From Pseudomonadota bacterium (lineage in GTDB: Bacteria; Pseudomonadota; Gammaproteobacteria; Pseudomonadales; Azotimanducaceae), in NCBI GenBank assembly GCA_039180365.1, contig JBCDDI010000001.1, forward strand, positions 1 to 31,478: a DNA stretch of 31,478 nucleotides. The letters are read 5' to 3'. Each line of letters starts with the position of its first letter. Position 1 is the first letter of the stretch. Made by a program: the position numbers and the translations under genes. The notes beneath the pieces were generated by a model. It was not told where the DNA came from. It made no database searches and saw only the letters and a list, made by a program, of their open reading frames with translations. Shown here piece after piece: positions 8,456 through 19,445 of the stretch.

Positions 8456-9517
8456 TTTGCCAGCCGGGGCAAGTGCTTCCATCCGCTGCGCGCGGGCATC
8501 GTCATCGAGGGCCACCAGCTCGTCGACGGCGCTGAAAAAGTCGGGCCAGCTGCCTTCGGCCTCGGCAAAGAGGGCCGTGAAAACCGGAATCCGATCCGAG
8601 TAGGTTGAGAGGCTCGCAAGATAGGCGTTATTCAAGCGCTCAATGAGACGTCGGTAGCCGGGTAGACCCGTACGTTCTGTCATGGCTTCGAGACATCCGG
8701 CCGTTGCGTCGAGGACGGCCGCCTTGCGCGCCCGGCGTTCCGCCTCCGGCGCCTCGAGGCTATAGACGATCGCGAGCTCATCCCGCGTTGCTTCAAGGAG
8801 CCGCCGGGCGGCAAGCCAGGCACCCTCACGGGCCAGATGGGCAGCAAATTCCGCATCCCGGTCCTGGCCGGCGAACCAGCTTCGCGCGCCTTCGCGGCCG
8901 ACGAAGGTGGCAAAGGACTCATTGAAGGTGGCGTCGCCTCGAACCCAGACCCGGCTGTGGGCCAGCTCGTGGATGAGCAGCTCAACGAAGTCCGCCTCCG
9001 CCATCCCGATAAATGAGCTGAGCAGCGGGTCGTCAAACCAGCCCAGCGTCGAATAGGCCGCCACCCCGCCGACGAAGGTTTCGAGGCCGCGAGCTTCCAG
9101 ACGCTCCGCCGCGGCCTGGGCCCGGGCTTCTTCAAAGTAGCCGCGATAGGGGGCGCAGCCCACAATGGGGTAACACCAGTTATGCGGTTCCAGCGCCAGC
9201 GGTGGGGCTGCAAATACGTTCCAGACGACGGCGTCGCGCTCGAGATCCACGTAGCTGCGATAGCGCCCATCGACCTCGAGACCGAGCTGCTGCTCAGCAT
9301 AGTCGAGCACCGCCTGACTGAGACGCAGGCGTTCGCGCAGAGCCGCCTCGGGAGAATCTGCCGGCGCAGCTTCGAGCCCTGCGAGCACCTCCTCCACGGG
9401 TTCACGATCAGACAGCAGCTTCAGCTGTCCACCGGCAATGTGGGTGTAGTAGCCCACGCTTTCGCAGCCGCCGAGCAGGAGCAGCAGCGCCAGAGCCAGG
9501 GCGGCTGGTACGGACAT
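8117..9517 (-). CDS. Predicted lipoprotein Zn-aminopeptidase (DUF2265-like) with C-terminal extension overlapping the SLC13 gene
   Basis: Lipobox LGGC, WCYPIVGCAPYRGYF, AYSTLGWFDDP, HELAH zinc motif, FNESFATFV, LNNA. Confidence 0.88.
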   Translation of the reverse strand: MSVPAALALALLLLLGGCESVGYYTHIAGGQLKLLSDREPVEEVLAGLEAAPADSPEAALRERLRLSQAVLDYAEQQLGLEVDGRYRSYVDLERDAVVWNVFAAPPLALEPHNWCYPIVGCAPYRGYFEEARAQAAAERLEARGLETFVGGVAAYSTLGWFDDPLLSSFIGMAEADFVELLIHELAHSRVWVRGDATFNESFATFVGREGARSWFAGQDRDAEFAAHLAREGAWLAARRLLEATRDELAIVYSLEAPEAERRARKAAVLDATAGCLEAMTERTGLPGYRRLIERLNNAYLASLSTYSDRIPVFTALFAEAEGSWPDFFSAVDELVALDDDARAQRMEALAPAGKSGQQHVAAEGDNQGADEIQCEALTGHRLDGETAGAEHDDVRRRGYRQHEGAGGAHGRRDHEEAGVDGRADGTGSENRHEQGGRGRIAGGLREEGHHQADDQHDRQQRQLRQT

Positions 9518-9541
9518 GGGGCTTATGTTAATTAGACGCTC

Positions 9542-10534
9542 ATGCGGATACTGCTCGGCATCCTCTCAACGGCGCTCGTTGTAGGCAACCTGCTCGTCAA
9601 CGCCGTGCCTCTGTTTCTCATGGGTCTGGTGCGGGTCACGGTGCGGCTGCTCGGCCTGAAAGCGGCGGAGTCCCGTATGGCTCGAGCCATGGATATCGTC
9701 ATCGACAGCTGGGTGGTCATCAATCGGTTCGTTTACTCATCCCTCGGCCTCGTCCGGCCGGAAGTCCGCTGGCTGGACGCTGACGACCTGTCCAAGGATC
9801 GCTGGTATATGGTCATCAGCAACCACCAGAGCTGGACGGACATCCTGGTGCTGCAAAGCGTGCTCTTCGAGCGTTTACCGCCCCTGAAATTCTTCACGAC
9901 GCGGCAGCTGCTGTTTATCCCGGTGTTCGGCCAGGCCATGTGGCTGCTCGACTTTCCCTACGTGCGGCGCATGAGCCGCGCCCAGATCGAAGCCAACCCG
10001 GCACTGCTGGAGGTCGATCGGCAGGCGACGCGAGAAGCCTGCGAAAAGTTCAAAAATCATCCCACCTCGGCCCTTAACTTTCTCGAGGGCACCCGGTTCA
10101 CGGCAGAGAAGTTTACGGCCCAGGCGCAACCCCGTTTCAGGCGCCTGCTGAATCCGAAGACCGGCGGACTCACTCAGGTGCTCAGTGCCCTCGATGATCG
10201 CCTGCACAAGGTTGTGGACGTCACCATCGACTACCCGGAAGGCGTCCCAACGTTCTGGGAGTTCATGCAGGGGAAATGTGGGCGGGTCACAATGACCATC
10301 GCGAGCCACGATGTTCCGGCGCGGGTCCGCACGGCGGCCGATGACGAAGCCCGCCGCTCCGCCGTTAACGACTGGGTGGAAGCGCTCTGGCAGGCCAAGG
10401 ACGACGCATTAACAGGGATCCCTTCCGGCAAAGAGAGCACTTCCGGAAACGAGAGCACTTCCGGAAACGAGAACAACGCTGAGACCAGCATCGATAGATC
10501 CCTGGAATCGGCCGCCAAGCATCCAGCCCGCTAG
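9542..10534 (+). CDS. Acyltransferase, YihG/PlsC-like
   Basis: NHQSWTD (HX4D), LKFF, PVFGQAMWLLDFPYVRR, FLEGTRF, LLNPKTGG. Confidence 0.9.
   Translation: MRILLGILSTALVVGNLLVNAVPLFLMGLVRVTVRLLGLKAAESRMARAMDIVIDSWVVINRFVYSSLGLVRPEVRWLDADDLSKDRWYMVISNHQSWTDILVLQSVLFERLPPLKFFTTRQLLFIPVFGQAMWLLDFPYVRRMSRAQIEANPALLEVDRQATREACEKFKNHPTSALNFLEGTRFTAEKFTAQAQPRFRRLLNPKTGGLTQVLSALDDRLHKVVDVTIDYPEGVPTFWEFMQGKCGRVTMTIASHDVPARVRTAADDEARRSAVNDWVEALWQAKDDALTGIPSGKESTSGNESTSGNENNAETSIDRSLESAAKHPAR
10423..10476 (+). repeat. 18-bp tandem repeat x3 encoding SG(K/N)EST in the acyltransferase tail
   Basis: TTCCGGCAAAGAGAGCAC / TTCCGGAAACGAGAGCAC / TTCCGGAAACGAGAACAA. Confidence 0.9.
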
Positions 10535-10543
10535 CCGCCCCCC

Positions 10544-12462
10544 ATGTACGAGCAGCATTTCAACCTAACCCAATCGCCCTTCTCTATCGCCCCGGATCCG
10601 CGCTTCCTGTATCTGTCCACGGCGCACCGGGAGGCGCTCGCCCATCTGATGTACGGCTTCAGCCACGGCGGCTTCGTCATGGTGACCGGCGAGGTTGGCA
10701 CCGGCAAAACGACGCTGCTGCGCAACCTGATCAAACAGACACCGCCGGATCTCGACGTTGCCTTTATCCTGAACCCTCGGCTGACCGTGCGCGAATTGCT
10801 GGCGACACTCTGCGACGAGCTGGGCGTCGCCTACGACCCGGACCGCACAACCACCGTTAAGCAGTACATCGATCTCATCACCCGGCATCTGCTGGCGACG
10901 CACCGGGCCGGGCGCAGCACGGTGATGATCATCGATGAAGCGCAGAACCTCTCTCCGGCCGTCCTTGAGCAGGTGCGGCTGCTGACCAATCTCGAAACCG
11001 ACGACAAGAAGCTGCTGCGCATCATCCTGATCGGTCAGCCGGAACTCGCCGACATGCTCGATCGGCAGGATCTGCGGCAGCTCGCGCAACGGATCACGGC
11101 ACGCTATCACCTGGGCAGCTTGAGCAGACCGGACACCTATGCCTACGTGCTGCATCGTATGAGCCGCGCGGGCGGCAACCCCAAGGCGTTCAGCGCCGGC
11201 GCATTGCGCAGGATCTATGCGCTCTCGAAGGGTACGCCCAGGCTCATCAACGTGATCGCCGATCGGGCGCTGCTCGGCGCCTATACGGAGGGCCGGGCTC
11301 AGGTGACCGGACGGATCGTCAGTCGCGCCGCCCGGGAGGTCCTGGGCAAGCCACCGATGCGACGCAGCGGGTGGCTGGGTGCGGCTGCCGCAGTCGGTGT
11401 GGCCGGGGCCGCCTACGCGCTGCTTGGACCCATCTCGGAGTTCCGCAATCCCGAGCCTGCACCGGTCGCTGAAACAACACCCGCAACCGCACCTCAAACC
11501 ACGCCCACGTCGGAATCTCCCGAGCCTGGTGCCCCGGCGCTCAGCGAGGAGACGCTCGGCGAGAACGCGCTCAGTGAGCAAAGGAGCAACACCGGCCCGT
11601 TGAACCCGGCGTCGCCGGACACGGAGGCTCAAGTGACGAGCAGGCCGGAGCTGCTCACGACTGCTGCCAGCGCCGCTGCGACACCAACCACTGAGGCAGA
11701 CCGTCCCGCGCCGCCCATCGGCAGCAACGCTGACGGTGAGGCTGTGATCACGCCGGAAACCTATGCACGCATGCAGGCCGCACGGAGTCAGCCGACGCAA
11801 TCCCGAAAGCCGACGGCGGCCGCGCCCACCGGCACCGTTCCTCAGGTTGCCGAAATCTCAAGGCCCGCTGGCAGCACCTTTGCCAGTCGCCGCCAGGCCT
11901 ATGGCGCCGTCTTCGACCGCTGGGGCGTGGACTACGGCCTGGCCCCGGCAGAGCAGATTCCCTGCGACTTCGCACCGTCGGCTGGCCTTCAATGCCTCTC
12001 TGCCCGCGGCGAATGGGGGCAGCTCAATCGCGTGGATCTGCCGGTGATTCTCGAGCTCTGGGATGAACAGCCCGCACCCTACTATGCGGCGCTGCTGGCC
12101 ATGCAGGACGGCATTGTGCAGCTGCAACTGGGCGAGGAGCGTCTTGAGACAACGCAACGGGCGCTCAGGGAGCAGTGGTCGGGGAACTATGTGATTCTCT
12201 GGCAGACGCCGCCCGGCTACCAGGGCAGTCTTCGCAGCGGCCAGACCCATGAAACTGTCGGCTGGCTCCGACAGCAGCTCACGGGCATCGTCGGGGCATC
12301 TCTCGCAAGTCCAACGCCAAACCGTTTTGACGAACAGCTGCGGGAGGCAGTGGTCGAGTTTCAACGCGATGAGGGTCTCACCCCCGACGGCATTGTTGGC
12401 CCGGACACCTGGATTCGCCTGGCGCACCGTTTGCGCCTGCCGCAACCGAGCCTTGCCGGCTG

Positions 12463-12463
<1 letters not shown>
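10544..12463 (+). CDS. exeA: ExeA/GspA AAA ATPase with C-terminal peptidoglycan-binding domain
   Basis: MYEQHFNL..PFSIAPDPRF, Walker A GEVGTGKT, Walker B IIDEAQ, TM segment, Pro/Thr-rich linker, and PG-binding motif FQRDEGLTPDGIVGPDT. Confidence 0.93.
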
Positions 12464-13227
<764 letters not shown>

Positions 13228-13231
13228 GGTC

Positions 13232-15142
13232 TTAAACGGCTTTGCGGCGTTCTTCTTCCGCCGGGGTCTTCTGATAAATCCGACTGTCGATGAAGACCTT
13301 AACCATGTCCGCATCCAGCAGCCCCTGCCTGGCTTCATCTTCAAGGATCGACAGGGCTCGCTCCACGGGCATCGCCTTTTTGTAGGGTCGGTCCATGGCG
13401 GTCAGCGCATCGTAGATGTCGCAGACGGTCATCACCCGGCTCGCCAGAGGGATCTGTTCGCCGACGAGCCCCTGCGGATAGCCACTGCCATCAAGCTTCT
13501 CATGATGCGCGCCAGCAATGGCAGGCACGTTGGCAAGCTCCGGAGGCCAGGGCAGCACCGACAGGAATTCGCGGGTGTGCATCACGTGCGACTGAATCTC
13601 GCGGCGTTCGTCCGGCGTCAGACTGCCCTTGCGGACTGACAGCGCCAGCAGATCGGCGTCTGTTATTAGGCCATTTAAGGTGCCGTCCAGCTCGCGGTAG
13701 GCATAGTCGCGGATCTCGCGGAGCTCCTCGACGACACCCTCTTCCAGCACCGAAGGCTCGTTGGCTCGCAGAACCATTTCCTCAAAGTCACCGAGCAGCG
13801 ACAGTTCCGCGGCAAGATCCCGATGCACGCGTCGCACCGCCACCTCGAGATCAACCGCATTGTGGTGGAGCATGTGCAGCTCCCGCTCAACGGCCCGGCG
13901 GCGCAGCCGCTCCCGTTGCAGTTCAATTCGGTACTGAACAACTTCCAGCCGGTCAGCGGTGAGCTTCTTGGCTTTCAGCAGGACATCCTCGCGCACGCCC
14001 ACCTTGCCGAAGTCGTGCAGCAGGGCCGCGTAGCGCACCTCGCGGATGTGTTCGTCCGTAAAGGTGAGGCCCCGGAACCGGGAAAACTCTGAGTCAGGCA
14101 GCGTCTGCAACAGGGCGACGGTGGTATCGGCCACCCGGAAGGAGTGACCGCTGGTGCTCGGATCCCGTTGTTCAATGGTCTTCACACTCGCCTGCACGAA
14201 GCTCTCAAAGAGCCGATTCACATCGCGTATGAGCTGGTTCTTCTGAATGGAGACCGCGGCCTGACTGGCGACGGCACGGAGCAGTTCCACGAGCTCCTCA
14301 CCAAAGGGAACGGGCTCATCCTCGAGCGGATCTAGCCGGTTGATAAACTGCAGCACGCCAACAATGTTGCCGCGGTGATCACGCATGGGCAGCACCAGCA
14401 TGGAGCGACTGCGATAGTTCATCTGCTCGTCGAAGGAGCGGTTGAATCGATAGGGTCGATCGTCCGGGAGATCGTAGACGTCGTGGATATCCAGTTCTTC
14501 ACCGGTGATGGCGACGTAACCGGCGAGCGATTCCGCCGTCAGCGGCAGGCGCTGCTCCGTAAAGGGAAAATCCCGGGAGTCATTCTGGGTGAGTTTAAAT
14601 TCGAGGGCCTGTTCCTCTTCCGTGCCATCGATGAGATAGAGCGAACCCGCATCACAGCCGGCAAGGCGCCTGGCCTCCAAAAGGATCGTCTCAAGCAGGA
14701 CGGAAAAGTCCATCTGGGTTGAAAGGGACAGCGCAATGTCAGAGAGCTGACCCATACGCTGTCGCCGTGCGCCGACCTCACGGAACAGCTCCATGACCTT
14801 GAGATTCCGGCGCCAGTGACTCTCCCCATGGCCAAGCAGCGCATCGAGAGCGGCATCGTCCACATCGCCAGGGACCACCAGATCGGCCCCGTCACGCGGT
14901 ACTTCAGAGACGAGCAGCGCATGGGGAAAACAGCGCCGGACCGCATCGGTGCCCGCATCGGCTATAAGCACGAGCGCCGTCACCTCGTCGATTTCGTCAC
15001 CGGCACAGACATCTACCTGACGCGTGGACCAACCGAGTTTGTCAGCACCGTTGATCAGACGCTCAGCCAGCACGCTGGGGGCGTCGAGCGCATCGCGGCT
15101 TCCGGCGATGCAGAAGTTGGGGCTGCCGCTTTCCGCGACCAT
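13232..15142 (-). CDS. GAF + HD-GYP cyclic-dinucleotide phosphodiesterase
   Basis: GAF domain (CDAGSLYL, YRSRSMLVLPM, VGVLQFIN), HDFGK, HHEKLDGSGYP and CDIYDALTA.DRPYKKA. Confidence 0.92.
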   Translation of the reverse strand: MVAESGSPNFCIAGSRDALDAPSVLAERLINGADKLGWSTRQVDVCAGDEIDEVTALVLIADAGTDAVRRCFPHALLVSEVPRDGADLVVPGDVDDAALDALLGHGESHWRRNLKVMELFREVGARRQRMGQLSDIALSLSTQMDFSVLLETILLEARRLAGCDAGSLYLIDGTEEEQALEFKLTQNDSRDFPFTEQRLPLTAESLAGYVAITGEELDIHDVYDLPDDRPYRFNRSFDEQMNYRSRSMLVLPMRDHRGNIVGVLQFINRLDPLEDEPVPFGEELVELLRAVASQAAVSIQKNQLIRDVNRLFESFVQASVKTIEQRDPSTSGHSFRVADTTVALLQTLPDSEFSRFRGLTFTDEHIREVRYAALLHDFGKVGVREDVLLKAKKLTADRLEVVQYRIELQRERLRRRAVERELHMLHHNAVDLEVAVRRVHRDLAAELSLLGDFEEMVLRANEPSVLEEGVVEELREIRDYAYRELDGTLNGLITDADLLALSVRKGSLTPDERREIQSHVMHTREFLSVLPWPPELANVPAIAGAHHEKLDGSGYPQGLVGEQIPLASRVMTVCDIYDALTAMDRPYKKAMPVERALSILEDEARQGLLDADMVKVFIDSRIYQKTPAEEERRKAV

Positions 15143-15180
15143 AGCAGGGGTCGTCCAGACTCAAGAACCGGCAGTATGCC

Positions 15181-15303
15181 CGGCGCTCCCAGGACGAAAG
15201 TGGACGCCGGTCACAGGGGTACTGAGAGCCCCGTCAACTCCGTGGTACGAATAACCCAGCCCCGTGGAACGCCATTGGGAATGGGCCTTTCGTCAGGGCG
15301 CCG
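15181..15303. other. Structured intergenic element closed by long-range inverted repeats
   Basis: CGGCGCTC 15181-15188 pairs with GGGCGCCG 15296-15303, GACGAAAG 15193-15200 pairs with CTTTCGTC 15287-15294, and there are internal hairpins. Confidence 0.4.
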
Positions 15304-15325
15304 TTTCTAGCCTTTCGAGCGCCGC

Positions 15326-16099
15326 TTAGAGCGCGCCGCTGCCTAGGTTCTCAAGGCGCCGCTCGATGTTGGCGAGGCGGTTATTGACCTGCACACGATA
15401 GGCGTCGATGGCCGCGACCGCCTGCTCGTTTTCCGTGACCCGACCGGCAAGCCCCGAGTTCAGCGCAGCGACGGACTGGCTGGCACTGTTTACCTTGTCG
15501 ACGATGTCACGCTGTGTGTTCGCCAGCTGCTGGATGGAAATCTCCATGCTGGTCAGCTGGTCGATGATTGCCTGCTGCTGCTTGAAGGCTGCCTCGTGGC
15601 GACCCACCGCCGTACCAAGGTCCCGATTGCTCGTCTCTATCGCCGTCAGAGTTTTCGTAAGTTTGCTCAGGGCCGCTTCGTTATCTTTGATCCACTTCCG
15701 ATTCCGCTCATTGGACACGGCCCAGAGTTTGCGGATTTCCGACTCCCAGAAGCCAATCTGCTCCTCGGTGTCTTTCTCCGAATCCACGAGCGACTCGTCT
15801 GTCATACGCAAACGATCTTCCAAGAGAGCGATGCGATTCTCCGCCGCGTCGAGGGCCTGTTTCTCCGCAGTCAGGAGTTGATGCTGATTGGCGATGAACC
15901 AGCCGGCGATAACCAGACCAGCGACCAACACGGCCAGAATCAGGTTGATGCCGATCATGCGGCTGCCACCGCTCTGACTGCTGGTGCTACGGCGGCGTGC
16001 ACCGCCGCTGCGGGCACCGCGGCGATAACCGCTGGTGTCGTCTGGATTGGCGTAAAGCGATGAGGGTGATGTCTGGGTCTTGGGGGGACGGTCAGCCAT
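15326..16099 (-). CDS. Hypothetical single-pass membrane protein with long coiled coil
   Basis: AGGA lies 6 nt before ATG 16099. Basic N-terminus, TM helix (INLILAVLVAGLVIAGWFIA), then heptad-rich helical sequence. Confidence 0.8.
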   Translation of the reverse strand: MADRPPKTQTSPSSLYANPDDTSGYRRGARSGGARRRSTSSQSGGSRMIGINLILAVLVAGLVIAGWFIANQHQLLTAEKQALDAAENRIALLEDRLRMTDESLVDSEKDTEEQIGFWESEIRKLWAVSNERNRKWIKDNEAALSKLTKTLTAIETSNRDLGTAVGRHEAAFKQQQAIIDQLTSMEISIQQLANTQRDIVDKVNSASQSVAALNSGLAGRVTENEQAVAAIDAYRVQVNNRLANIERRLENLGSGAL

Positions 16100-16158
16100 A
16101 GTTAATCCTGGGGAGATTGATTCTCGCGCAAGCGCTCGAACGGCGCCTCTCAAGCGGG

Positions 16159-16164
16159 ATTATA
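16159..16164 (-). promoter_or_regulatory. Perfect -10 hexamer TATAAT upstream of the coiled-coil gene
   Basis: TATAAT in an AT-rich patch about 60 nt before the start. No convincing -35. Confidence 0.35.
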
Positions 16165-16215
16165 TTCAAATTGGCTCGGGAAAACGCACCTGGCGATGCG
16201 TTACGACCGGCCTAT

Positions 16216-16243
16216 GAAAAAGGCCTGCACGAGGCAGGCCTTC
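16216..16243 (-). terminator. Intrinsic terminator after the puuD-like gene
   Basis: AAGGCCTGC / GCAGGCCTT stem with 5-nt loop, followed by a U run on the minus strand. Confidence 0.8.
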
Positions 16244-16291
16244 TGTCACAGGGCGTCCGAGGATTCGCCTCGGCGCCTACCGGGCAGCTTG

Positions 16292-16942
16292 TCAGACAAG
16301 GGCAACGATACCCCAGAGCACGGCCGTAAGCCCGAGGCCGCTGGAGATGACGCCGCGGACGGTCGTGATCGGACCCTGCTTGCCAAAAATTGCGTTCAGC
16401 TCCAGGGCGGCAATGATCACCAGGGCAACGATCAGGGCCGTCGTGTTGCCGGCCAGGCCACCGTGGGCGTAGTGGGCGCTCGAACCCATGAAGAACAGCA
16501 TGGGAATGGAGAACAGCGTGTTGGTCCGGGATGCCAGAGCTGCCTTCGGCGCAGCGGCTGCGGCCGCGGGTAGCGCTTCACCACCGGCCTTAACCTGCGT
16601 GTTCGACTCGATCACGATCTTCTGATTGGGCCAGATGATCAGCCAGACGTTCAGGAACATGAGGATGCCAAGCGTCGAGCCAACAGTTATGTCGAGGGTA
16701 ACCCCGGTACCTCGGGCGCCGAGCATGATCAGTCCGGTGAACAGGGTGAACATCGCCCCCCAGCGGAACCACCAGAGTGCCCGCGGCACAAGCTTGGTGA
16801 AGGCGTCCGTCCGGGCGTCCGGATCCGCTTCCTTGAAGTATTCGGTCTGCACGAAGTTGAAGTAGTACAGCAAGCCGATCCAGGTGATCCCAAAAAGGAA
16901 GTGGCTCCAACGAGCCAGGTAGTCAATCAGCTGCATATCCAT
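16292..16942 (-). CDS. PuuD-like (urate hydroxylase N-terminal domain) membrane protein, short form
   Basis: RWSHFLFGITWIGLLYYFNF, LWWFRWGA, MFLNVWLIIWPNQK, SRTNTLFSIPMLFFM. No CxxCH. GGAG SD precedes ATG 16942. Confidence 0.8.
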   Translation of the reverse strand: MDMQLIDYLARWSHFLFGITWIGLLYYFNFVQTEYFKEADPDARTDAFTKLVPRALWWFRWGAMFTLFTGLIMLGARGTGVTLDITVGSTLGILMFLNVWLIIWPNQKIVIESNTQVKAGGEALPAAAAAAPKAALASRTNTLFSIPMLFFMGSSAHYAHGGLAGNTTALIVALVIIAALELNAIFGKQGPITTVRGVISSGLGLTAVLWGIVALV

Positions 16943-17138
16943 TTTCTATCTCCCCGCTTTTCGTCGCGTCGATTCATGTGTGTGCTTGTTATATGTGTGT
17001 TCACCGGGATGCGAATTGCTGCTGCCCCCGGCTCAGCGCGCCTTCACCATTCCCGTTTACTGGGCCCGGCGTTCGGTGATCGGCTGAAGAACAGTGCTCA
17101 GTGCTGCCGGCACGGACTATAGCCCCATTCCGAGGCAC

Positions 17139-17206
17139 AAAAAAAGCCCCGCTGCTTTGCACACAGTCTGTTGCACACAGTCTGTGCACCCGTCAGGCGG
17201 GGCTTT
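17139..17206 (-). terminator. groESL intrinsic terminator with a 44-nt insert containing a 14-bp duplication
   Basis: AAAGCCCCGC 17143-17152 pairs with GCGGGGCTTT 17197-17206. A7 at 17139-17145 gives U7 on the minus strand. Confidence 0.8.
17157..17184. repeat. 14-bp tandem duplication TTGCACACAGTCTG x2
   Basis: Copies at 17157-17170 and 17171-17184, followed by a partial TGCAC. Confidence 0.9.
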
Positions 17207-17228
17207 CGAGCCGCGAGGGCGGTTGGGC

Positions 17229-18875
<1,647 letters not shown>

Positions 18876-18907
18876 TTATTTCCTCTATCTATATCCGGTA
18901 TGGGTAC

Positions 18908-19198
18908 TCAGCCTTCGAGTACGCCGAAGATTTCGCTTTCGCTCAGAATCAGCAGTTCTTCACCGTCGAGTTTTACGGTGCTGCCGCCGTACTGACCGAA
19001 GATGACCTTGTCGCCAACCTTCACGTCGAGGGCCTTAACGTCGCCATTGTCAAGCGTTTTGCCAGGACCAACCGCAAGCACCTCGCCTTGAGACGGCTTT
19101 TCAGCGGCGGAGTCGGGCAGAACGATCCCGCCAGCGGTGGTGGTCTCTTCTTCCAACCGGCGCACGACGAGACGATCGTGTAAGGGTCGAATGTTCAT
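18908..19198 (-). CDS. groS: Co-chaperonin GroES
   Basis: [21 protein letters not shown], 96 aa from ATG 19198. The upstream extension in the ORF track is leader sequence. Confidence 0.98.
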   Translation of the reverse strand: MNIRPLHDRLVVRRLEEETTTAGGIVLPDSAAEKPSQGEVLAVGPGKTLDNGDVKALDVKVGDKVIFGQYGGSTVKLDGEELLILSESEIFGVLEG

Positions 19199-19272
19199 TA
19201 CCTGTTTTCTCCCAGTGGATGATTTCGCAAAGGGGCAACCCGGTTGGATTTTCGTCGGGGCCCCCGGTTGTG

Positions 19273-19299
19273 TTAGCACTCTACCCATGGGAGTGCTAA
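19273..19299. promoter_or_regulatory. CIRCE element (HrcA operator)
   Basis: TTAGCACTC-tacccatgg-GAGTGCTAA, an exact match to TTAGCACTC-N9-GAGTGCTAA, 75 nt upstream of groES. Confidence 0.95.
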
Positions 19300-19313
19300 C
19301 GCAAGGGCGGCAT

Positions 19314-19341
19314 ATGATAGTGATCCAATCCCCACTTGCAA
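19314..19341 (-). promoter_or_regulatory. Candidate sigma70-type groE promoter
   Basis: TTGCAA (19341-19336), 16-nt spacer, TATCAT (19319-19314), just upstream of the CIRCE. Confidence 0.5.
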
Positions 19342-19445
19342 GGCCGCGGCACCAGAGCCTTACAGCCGTAGAGAACAGCCGAGGGATCCGCCCCTCGCTA
19401 GATGGGCGCAAACCAGGGAATATCAAGGGCCGGGAGCTTGCTCAG

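Noticed and set aside
15181-15310. Hammerhead (CTGACGA, GAAA), TPP (GGGG..CTGAGA), HDV-like or c-di-GMP-I identity for the structured element
   Set aside because: Only fragments match. The hammerhead stems and order do not fit, TPP lacks P3 and the CCUGAU..GCGUAGGGA core, and there is no GCAAA/GACGCAAAGC c-di-GMP-I motif.
16943-17120. Xanthine (NMT1) or guanidine riboswitch in the puuD-like leader
   Set aside because: I could not find the conserved cores as I recall them. An Infernal scan is needed to be sure.
19199-19426. 76-codon N-terminal extension of GroES
   Set aside because: It spans the CIRCE and promoter. The canonical start is MNIRPL at 19198.
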